Shown: in pieces, positions 54,366 through 64,000 of the stretch
Layout: each line of letters begins with the position of its first letter
Numbering within the stretch: position 1 is the first letter of the stretch
Assembly (NCBI RefSeq): GCF_006345805.1
Contig: NC_043006.1
Coordinates: 5,146,001 to 5,210,000, forward strand
Length of the DNA stretch: 64,000 bases
Direction of reading: 5' to 3'
DNA from: Octopus sinensis
Lineage: Eukaryota
Program-made: the position numbers and the translations under genes
The notes under the pieces: model-generated
Database searches by the model: none
Seen by the model: the letters and a program-made list of their open reading frames with translations, nothing else
What the model was told of the DNA's origin: nothing

Positions 54366-56465
54366 CGCTTTTGCTCTGGCAGATGTTATACCGGCACTAT
54401 ACGAAAAGAGCGAGCCATATCCAATGACCAAACATCCTTTATGTCGTTCCTTCTCATTCAGCTTTCTAAACCCCTCTTCGGAATCCTTACTGATGCTAAC
54501 TAGGCTGTTTTCTGCAGCAGTCCCATCTTTGACGGTAATTTCTAGCTTGTCAAGCCATGCATCCAACTTTTTACTAACTGCTCCCCTTGAGTCAACCATA
54601 ATCGGCACCAATTCTGTGTGTCCGATTCTACATAATCTGAAGAGGTTATATCAGGATATAACCTCTTCAGATCCTGATATTTCTCAACTTTCTCACTTTC
54701 CTTCTCATTCACCCTGTGGTGGCGCCTTGAGGTCTACAATAATTGTTTTGTTCTTCTTCCTATCTACAACAAGAATATCAGATTTTCTAGCCACGATGTG
54801 ATACTCTTTACTCTCTCTTTTACTCTTTTACTTGTTTCAGTCATTTGACTGTTACCATGCTGGAGCACCGCCTTTAGTTGAGCAAATCGACCCCAGGACT
54901 TATGCTTTGTAAACCTAGTACTTATTCTATCGGTCGCTTTTGCCGAACCGCTAAGTTACGGGGACGTAAACACACCAGCATCGGTTGTCAAGCGATGTTG
55001 GGGGGACAAACACAGACACACTAACACATATGCACACATACACATATATATATATACATATATACGACGGGCTTCTTTCAGTTTCCGTCTACCAAATCTA
55101 CTCAAGGCTTTGGTCGGCCCGAGGGTATAGTAGAGTCCAAGGTGCCACGTAGTGGGACTGAACCCGGAACCATGTGGTTGGTAAGCAAGCTACTTACCAC
55201 ACAGCCACTCCTACGCCTAGGTGATGGTCACACTGGATGATCACGTCCCACAAGATATCATATTGTTCGCTTCTAGCAACCCTTTCCGGTTAGTGCTCAT
55301 ATCGTTTTACACATCTGCTCATGTCATACTTATGACAGAGCTTCCAGTGAACCAATGCGGCAACGTTGTCGTGCCTTCTCTTGTAGTCTTTCTGTGTATG
55401 CTTCTTTCATTCACTAATAATGTGGTATATTTTTTTTTTTCACCTTTCTCACCATGCAACCTACAAAGTGGTGATGTCACTGACTTGTCAATATTGAACT
55501 TGATATAGTTCATTCTCCGTGCTTGTTCTTGGTCTGCGAAAATAAGGGCTTCAATTTTAACTTTCAAATCGCTTTTTCTAGTCCATTCCTAGATCAACAG
55601 TCTCAGGCATTTCCTGCTGGAATTGACCACTCGTCTTTTTCTTTCTTTCCATCTATTCAAGGTGTCATTCTGACCGCCTTGTTTAAATTCTCCCATTTCC
55701 TTTGCCTGATCACTTGCTTAGGACTTTCACCTTCCTTTGTATTCTTTACCATTCCATATTATTTTCTTTAGACTTAACACATGTTTCACAGCTAATAATA
55801 CCCCTTCCTCCTCTCTGTTGTGATAGATACCTGTCCAAGCCACTTTCAGTGTGTTGAGTTCCTTGTAGTGACATCATTTTCTTGATCTTTCTACCAAGCT
55901 CCTTAACTTCATCACTTATCCTCTATATATCATATCAGCGCTATACCTTAGAGCTGCAACGGCCCATGTGTTGACAGCCAACATTTTATTCCAACCACTT
56001 AACTTTGTCTTTAACACGAATTTCAGTCACAGTTTATTTTCCTTTGATGACAGCTCTTTCATTTCTTTCTCTTTCATTTGGTCTGTTTCTTGGATGCCTA
56101 AGTAACTATATCCGTTGCCGTCAATTTCCTCCATAACTTGCCAATCTGATAATATAATTTCTTCCTTTTTCTCAATTCTACATCGTTTCAGCAGTAGTAG
56201 TACTCCACACTTTTTTTGTGTGCCAAAGACCGTTCCTATGTCCGTACTGAATGTATGAACTGTTTGTACGAGGGAATCAATCTGTTCATGGGATTTCACA
56301 AAGAGTTTTAGGTCATCCATGAACTGTAGACGATTTATCGCGTCCCTCCTGCTCGTAACCAGACTTTGCCCTTCTCAACATTAATGAAAGTAGAACCATA
56401 CATAGTAAAAACAGCAAAGTTGAAAGACTGTCTCCCTGGAATATTCCTCTCCTGATGTTCACAAC
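54365..56465 (-). mobile_element. Second R4/Dong-like LINE remnant, interrupted by an OR2-like SINE (54815-55220, minus)
   Basis: MDDLKLF (RT core) and KKCGVL, YSYLGI, EALIFADQEQA...SPLCRL (zinc knuckle), VPIMVDSRGAVSKKLDAWLDKLEI (RLE C-terminus). Confidence 0.88.
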
Positions 56466-56478
56466 TCATTACTATCAT

Positions 56479-57140
56479 TAGTTAGTTAGTTAATTTTTGG
56501 CTCAAAAAGCAAAAAGCAAGGCCATGTAGGGGGACATGGAGTTATGTACAGGGTGGTGTTCATGTAAAGAGTTCAGGCCACTTGAGGTCGTCGGCATCTT
56601 CACCATCTCGTCTGGCAGCTTGTTCCACGGATCCGCAACCCGGACGGAGAAAGCCCCTCTCCTTCGATTTTCTGACCCATCCCAGGCGGTGAGCTGGCAG
56701 AAACGTTAGCACTCCGGGCGAAATGCGTAGCCGTATTTCGTCTGCCGTTACGTTCTAAGTTCAAATTCCGCCGAGGTCGACTTTGACTTTCATCCTTTCG
56801 GGATCGATAAATTAAGTACCATTTACGCACTGGGGTCGATATAATCGACTTAATCTGTTTGTCTGTCCTTGTTTGTCCCCTCTATGTTTAGCCCCTTGTG
56901 GGTAGTAAAGAAATAGGTATTTCTCTCGTCGCTACATTCTGAGCTTAAATTCCGCCGAGGTCGACTTTGGTTTTCATCCTTTCGGGGTCGATAAATTAAG
57001 TACTAGTGAAATACAGGGACTGATGTAATCCGCTTGTCTTCTCCGCTCCAAATTTCAGGCTTTGTGCATTTAATAGAAAGGATTATTATTAACTCATCTC
57101 ACAAAATTTCAGGCCTTGTGCATATAGTAGAGAGGATTAT
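56479..57140. mobile_element. CR1 3' fragment (56479-56668, minus) followed by an OK-like dimer (56686-57140, plus)
   Basis: CR1 family match with a 25-bp deletion between GGTC repeats. Dimer junction at 56916. Confidence 0.88.
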
Positions 57141-57164
57141 TATTTTTGTTGTTGTTGTTGTTGC

Positions 57165-57248
<84 letters not shown>

Positions 57249-57262
57249 TATTGTTATTAATG
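57140..57262. repeat. (GTT)n-(ATT)n microsatellite
   Basis: Direct reading. Confidence 0.95.
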
Positions 57263-57724
57263 CCAAAATTATTAACAATTTAATTCAAGAATACCGATGT
57301 TACTTTTATTATGCAAGACAAAATGCTGCTAGAAATTAAGAACGTTGTTTAAAAAAAATTTTTTTTTTATATTTAAACAGAAAAAAGTCTCTCCAACAAA
57401 CTGGTATCGCGGAGAAGACGTGCAAGATGTTCTGAAAATAATTAGACGTAAAGAAAAACAAATTCACGGTTCAAGGCTTTTATTTATTGCTGAAGTTTAT
57501 TAGATTTTTATTATGCCGGAACGAAGATAAGATAACAGCAAACAATATTTAAGGGAGCCTTTGTTTTACATGCTTCATTAAAACTCATAATATACTCCCT
57601 TCTCCCTCTCTTGGTTTGTAGAGTGGGTTATGGGTTTAATGGTAACAACAATAACAGCAACAGTAAACAACATTATTGTTGCAAATGATAATAATAATAA
57701 TAATAATAATAACCATAATGATAA

Positions 57725-58160
57725 TAACGGTTTCAAACTTTTGTACAAGGCCAGGAATTTCGGGGTAGAGGGATGAGTCGAATACGTCGACCCCAGTTCT
57801 CAACTGGTGCTTATTTCTTACGACCCAGGAAGGATGAAAAGCAAAGTCGACCTCAGCGGAATTTGAACTCAGAATGTAAAGACAGACGAAATGCCGCTGA
57901 ACACTTTGTCCGCCGCCTTAAATAATAATAATAATGATAATGCAACGAATAAATGTTTATTTCTTTATTGCCCAGAAGGGGCTAAACATAGGGGGGACAA
58001 ACAAGGACAGACAAACGGATTAAGTCGATTACATCGACTCCAGTGCGTAAATGGTACTTTATTTATCGACCCCGAAAGGATGAAAGGCAAAGTCGACGTC
58101 GGCGCAGACGAAATACTGCTAAATATTTCGCCCGGCGTGCTAACGTTTCTGCCACCTCGT
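57725..58160 (-). mobile_element. Two OK-like SINEs; the second has TSD gcaacgaataaat
   Basis: Reverse-complement match. TSD at ~57942 and ~58162. Confidence 0.88.
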
Positions 58161-59069
58161 CGCAACGAATAAATATTGGTACAAGCAACAGCAATACTAA
58201 GGGTTGAAATATTTTTGTTCCTCGAACTTCTTATGCAATCTTTCTTCTTTATTTTCTCTCCGGACATGAACGGTACTATTAGGGTTTTTGTTTTTTAATG
58301 AAAGCAGTTTGCTTAGCCCTTACTCACTCCTCTTTGCCCTGTTTCTTGAGAAAGGGATGCTCATGGCACAATGATTGAGAGAGACACAGAGAGGAAAAAG
58401 AAGAGAGAAAGAGATAGAAAGAAAGAAAGAGAGAGGGAGGGAGGAGAGAGAGCAAGAAATAGAAGATGAAGAAGAAAGAGAAGCTGAAGAAAAAGCTGAA
58501 AAGGAAAAGGCTGAAGAATAAGGAAAAGGAAAATGTGAAGGGGATGAAAAAGAAGAAAAATAAGGCGAAGAGGAAGTAGGTAAACAAAAAGATGACTTAA
58601 TACCAGTAGTTATTAACATTTCCTTTATTGACTCTTGAAGGATGAAAGACACAACATCTGCGATGTTTGAATTCAACAGGAACAAATTCTTTAAGACATT
58701 CCATTCGATCCTTTGATGATTCCGTCCTTTTTCACCTTTTCTTTGTTCAATTTATTTCTCAGTCGCAATTGCTGAAACTTTAATAAGAACAATATTTTTA
58801 GAGGGACACCAAGAAATGTTGTAAGAAATTCCGTGACTTAAGACAAAAGATATGGAAACTATTAGTATTTATTACCTTTCTCAACTGACGCAAATTGGAC
58901 AGTGTTCTCAATTGACCCCAGGAACAGTCTCAACAATGATAATGACTTTACTAACGATAAAACTATTATTAATAAGAACAGTAAGGTCACTACTACTATT
59001 ACCACAACTAACAACAATGCAACAGTAGTAGTAACAGCAGTGGCACCAGCGGTGATGCTAATTGAAACG

Positions 59070-59117
<48 letters not shown>

Positions 59118-60244
59118 ACAAAATAAAACATCCAAGCAAGATAATTTCAAAATAATCTTATATTACTGCCTTCATATATTTATATGATCCAATAACTTCC
59201 TATCTTCTGCCTTGCAGCGACAAGATAACCTTGTCTAATAAAGTTAAAATTATTCGTGCTTTAATTGGGTTTAATAGAAAATAAACGTTGTAGATGGCAT
59301 CAATCTGTTTTAGTCTGCTGAGGCAGCTGTATCCAGCGGAAATATAAACTTGGGATATATAATGGTGATTCTAAATATATGAGTTTAGAGAAACATAACA
59401 CACTCTATAGAACACCAATGCTGGTTTTCTGCGTTTTTTTTTCTTGTCTGTGTTTCAAAATAAATACAAAACTAGACAGACAAATACATGTGAAGTTTAT
59501 GAAGATTTAAAATATTTTTCCTCCTACTCACCTTCTCAATATTTCCACTTCATATTATGTTCAATCTGCTATAATCTGATAAAAGTTATACACGACATCT
59601 AACTCTTGAAAACATTATGAAAAGCAATTGTCTTAAAAACGGTATTGGTAAAATATTTGAAAGATGTCTTGTCTGAGAAGTATGTCCTTTATTTAGCTCG
59701 GCGGGATGTTTTATATTTTCTTATAGTTACATGAAAGTATGAACCTTACAATATATCAACTCTAATATTATGTCAACTCTGCTACCCGCCAGATCTCTGT
59801 TTTCACTTTTCATCAAGTAGCTATTCATCACCACTAACTCCATTCATAACAACATTTCTTTGTATCAGTTTAAATTCAACACGTTAACGTCAGATGATCT
59901 CACCAGGGATATATATTTATTCAATCAATTAATCGTATCATCTTGTCTTTTACATTAGATCTGACTCTAAAACTAAAAAAACTATCTATTTCAGAGAAGA
60001 TGGCATAAACAACCATTTTAATGAAAATGTCCTGTTATGAACAATAACTGTTATGAAACAAATAGACACAATGCAATTTTATATTTTCAAATGGGACACA
60101 ATGATGTTTAATCTTATAAATCGCTGTAATATACAAACTCCAATATTTAATATCTCTAACTCATTCATCAGTTGGATTAACTTTACTTCGTTCAGTCATT
60201 CGTACACCTCAAACGATTGAATCTTGACAGCTTTCAAATTCCTC

Positions 60245-60460
60245 TGAGGTGGGGAGCTGGCAGAATCGTTAGCACGACGGGCAAAATGCTTAGAGGCATT
60301 TCGTCCGTCTTTACGTTCTGAGATCAAATTCTGCCAAGGTCAACTTTGCCTTTCATCCATTCGAGATTGTTAAAATAAGTACCAGTTGAGCACTGGAGTC
60401 GATGTAACCGACTCATTCCTTTCCCCGAAGTTGCTGGCCTTGTGCCAAAGTCTGAAATCT
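60245..60460 (+). mobile_element. OK-like SINE, alternative-tail subfamily
   Basis: gagctggcagaatcgttagc head; tail ...gctggccttgtgccaaa. Confidence 0.8.
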
Positions 60461-61158
60461 ATATTAAGTAGGACTATAAGAGTGGTGGATAGCCTACTCG
60501 ATAGTGCACCAAACAAAGTGTCTCGAAGGAATTAATACATCTGCTTATGTTATGAGTTCAAATTTTGGTTTCACTTTCTCTATAAAAATAAATACAAAAC
60601 GCCTATAAAATCAGTATCTAATCAACTACCGAGGATCGATAAGGACTCACAGCAAGAATATGCATATTCATCAATATAAATTACTTTGTTTTTGAAGCTA
60701 CAGATTGCACTTACTTCGAGTTGATGTTTTTTTTAAAAAATTGTATCAAATGATTGCATTTCAAGGCAGCCTGGTGTGGGACTCAGCGTATTATAATCTA
60801 AAACATGAATTCGTGTGTTTATGGAGCATAATTGATACTAATGAATGACAAATGTTTGTCATTACTTAAGAAAAAAATCAGTGTTAATCTGTTGCTAAAG
60901 TGTAATAGGGTATGTCCAAATTAAAAATTAATTAATCAATGCTAATTAAAGACTAAAATTAGTATTGCATATGTACATTTAAATAAGTAATTATTGAAGA
61001 ATCATTTCAGAAGTTTTATGCAGTGAAAATTTTTTTAAAACGCTGCCCTTGAAGAAATGAATCATATTATGTCAGGTGTTTTCTCCTAGATTCTCTTTGT
61101 TTTGCTTTCGTATAGCTGTACAAATATACGTCTGTGCATTTAAGACATGAAGAACACA

Positions 61159-61196
<38 letters not shown>

Positions 61197-61759
61197 GGTA
61201 CTGTAACCACCGACTCAGTATATTTATACAACGTTTCTTTGCTACTCCAAAAATACCACAATGGTTTTGTACCACTTATGTTTTGTGTGTAATCCTAATG
61301 GGAAGGCTCCACTTATAAACGAAAACCCTTTCTCTGGCAGAATCTTTGGTAAATAATTTACCTGCCTACCTTAGTAAGAATACCATTTTAAGACTGAATA
61401 AGTTGTCGTTGATAAAAATGGCTATACTGAGTCACGTGATTCTTTATTACTCGCAAAAGCAATAAAATTGTTCTTTAACTCTTTCTTGCTTGTCTTGTTT
61501 ATTCCACAAATCGGCTTCTCTTTGCAGTATTTTAGTATTCTTTTACTGTTTCCTCAAACTTCAAATTTTTAGAAAAGTGAAGTCTTTTGTATTTATTGCG
61601 TTTTCCTAAAAAAAAAAAACTACAAAATAACATTACCATTATTTGAGTCATGTCGAAGAGTGGAACTAATGCTTACGTTCTCATCTTTTCGTCATTAATA
61701 ATTTGCATTTATTGTTAGAATTCACGCGAACCCATTAAAAATTTTCTGTTCAGTTCACA

Positions 61760-61844
<85 letters not shown>

Positions 61845-62035
61845 GCATGTGTGTGTATATATGTGTGTATGTATATGCGTGCATGTAGGTGTGCATGTAT
61901 GTATGTATGTCAGTTGTCATCTTCCTGCAATTACTCTACTTCCTCTGGTTCTGTAGCTGAGACTCAGATTTCGAAGCTAAGTGCCTTGAAATACTCCACA
62001 TTTTTCTTGATATTGTTTACCAGTTGTTAACTCAC

Positions 62036-62123
62036 CTCGGCATGAAGCGCTTGTCACTGACCGCAACACTTATCTCATGAGAGTGGATCCGTAATGCAAA
62101 TTTATAAACGTCAGCTCGTTCTC
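62036..62123 (-). CDS. Candidate 88-nt coding exon (phase 1-2) of an unidentified gene
   Basis: Strong acceptor tttgttaaatttcttttgaccag|GA and consensus donor GAG|gtgagt. Only one frame is open: ERADVYKFALRIHSHEISVAVSDKRFMP. Confidence 0.55.
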
Positions 62124-62190
62124 CTGGTCAAAAGAAATTTAACAAATGTGTTTGAAAACATTCTCATTGAAATTCAATTTTATAAATAAA

Positions 62191-62590
62191 CTAGCAGTAT
62201 CGCCCGGCGTTGCTCGGGTTTGTAAGGGAAATAACTATATAAGCATTTTTAGAGATGTAAAGTATAATAGCCATCTCAATATGGTTAACCACAAAGGGGG
62301 GGGGGTGTTACTGTAGCTTTTTACGTTCTGAGATTTAATAATATATTTTTAGAGAGTTACTTCCCTTATATAAACCGAGCGAAAATGCATTAAAAATGCG
62401 GAAAAATTATGTTAACTTTTTTTTAAATCGTAGACTCATCGTAGACGCGCGCTATAATACCCAGAAGGGCTCAATATGAATCACGACTATAAGATACCCG
62501 CTTTTGGTTACACTGCACCGCAAAATGTGGGAGTAGTTAGGAATGTAAATCGTAGGAGAAGACACACAACTTCACTTCTATATATAAAGA
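62191..62590 (-). mobile_element. Non-autonomous Helitron, 400 bp
   Basis: Minus strand begins A|TC, ends with the GC hairpin CCCGAGCAACGCCGGG then CTAG|T about 8 nt later. No TSD; inserted in AT. Confidence 0.85.
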
Positions 62591-62805
62591 TTTGATTAAT
62601 TTATATCTTCACTGTGGTCTCTAAATATTGTAGATATAAGAATATGAGTACCTTCCAAGGTTTAATCAAGTCTATCAGGAAAAATAGTTTGTTCACAAAT
62701 TTGTTTGTCATAGCATAGAAGAAATACAGGTCTGAATCAGCACTGCAAAGAACATATTTAAATTGTTTGTCTGTATGTCTGTCTATCGGTATCTCTTTTC
62801 CTTCC

Positions 62806-63038
62806 AGGCGGCGAGCTGGAAGGAACGTTAGGCAGGGAGCTGGCGAAATGCTTAGCGGTGTTTCGTCTGCCGCGTTCTGAGTTCAAATTCCGCCGAGGTC
62901 GACTTTGCCTTTCACTCTTTCGGGGTCAATAAATTAAGTACCAGTTACGTACTGGGGTCGATGTAATGAGACTTAATCCCTTTGCCTGTCCTTGTTTGTC
63001 CTCTCTGTGTTTAGCTCCTTGTGGGTAGTAAAGAAATA
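62806..63038 (+). mobile_element. OK-like SINE monomer with 18-bp TSD beginning GGTAT
   Basis: ggtatctcttttccttcc (62788-62805) and ggtatgtcttttccttcc (63039-63056). Confidence 0.92.
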
Positions 63039-64000
63039 GGTATGTCTTTTCCTTCCCTCCTCTTCCGCCCTCTTCTCTTTCTCTCTCTCCTTCTCTCTCT
63101 CCTTCTCTCTCCCCTATCTCATTCTCTCTGTATGCGTGTGTGTGTATGCGTACGTGCGTGTGCGTGTGCCTGTGTGCGTACGCGTGTGAGCATGTGTATT
63201 CATACACGTCTTTTAGAATTCGGATCACGTTGGACACATGCGTGTATGACTATATATGTTTATGAGTGGAGCATTTGTCGATGTATGTCAATGAAAGATG
63301 TAAGGCTTCAACGAATACACCGATAAACAGGTGCGTTCCACCTAAAAATTCCTTGCAAAATTTGTTCCGTACCTTGTTGAACAGACTACACTTGGTCGCT
63401 CTCGCCATCGTAAATGCATTGAACCAATAATTGGCCAGTTAGATACCTGTAACCAAGGACTCTTTTGTTCTCAAAATGATACACAAAATGAAAAAGTCAT
63501 CATCATCAACAACAGCAACAGCACTAACCTGCATGTTAATTCCTTCAAAACCACCACCAGCAGACATCAAATCATGCTCCCCCAACATCACCTACAGTAT
63601 AAGTAAACACACGATAACTAACTCGATCACTACCTCACCCAGCAGTGACCTTTATCTTTATCATTGATTGGACGTCGAATATAATGATGCAAGAGCCAGG
63701 AAGTAAGCCGCAATTAATGACCAGTTCCAAGAATTTCTAATTACAACTTCAATCATTAGAAAACAGATATACTTGTGTACCTGTGCATCCACTTACTACA
63801 TTATATGCCCCATACATTCATCACCTCACTTGTCGTCTCCAGCATGCGATGCCATGCTATGATTCCGAACTCTGTATTTCACATATAATTCGAGAACGTT
63901 TTCCCTCCTCGTCGAGACAGTATCATTACTTAAGTGATATTCTAACCCATGGCTCTTACCTCCGTTTCCACAATATACCCAGATCGGTCACTTGTTCCAG

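Noticed and set aside
58580-58775. Minus-strand acceptor tttcag|CAATTG followed by protein-like text
   Set aside because: Stops in all frames before a convincing donor; it adjoins a GA-rich low-complexity tract.
60715-60797. Minus-strand segment with a good acceptor and GTAAGT donor
   Set aside because: All three frames contain stops. One stop lies in a T6A8 homopolymer that could be miscalled, but the entry phase would still not match exon 62036-62123.

Overview
Repeat-saturated, AT-rich animal genomic DNA. It is most likely from Octopus, judged from three tRNA-derived SINE families that resemble the OK/OR1/OR2 octopus SINEs as I remember them (not database-checked). There is no intact long ORF, and nearly all supplied ORFs are microsatellite read-throughs or decayed transposon frames. 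The window holds about 35-40 SINE copies and LINE remnants of four types (CR1, RTE, R4/Dong, Penelope-like). It also holds several mariner remnants (one with both TIRs), a Tc2/pogo-type MITE, a 298-bp MITE with an 8-bp TSD, a 400-bp non-autonomous Helitron, many microsatellites and a 2.1-kb tandem duplication that looks like an assembly artefact. Two phase-compatible candidate exons on the minus strand (62036-62123, 49196-49369) suggest the window lies mostly in long introns of an unidentified gene. The most interesting observations are: a recurrent GGTAT junction that may show SINE self-targeting; a Merlin-like MITE with outward-facing splice donors and a CCAAT/CRE core; a MITE inserted into a candidate splice donor; a head-to-tail R4/Dong array with an unexplained ~555-bp passenger; and hammerhead-like motifs in Penelope-type repeats. 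None is proven to be a new biological system. Repeat boundaries are approximate unless TSDs or TIRs are quoted.
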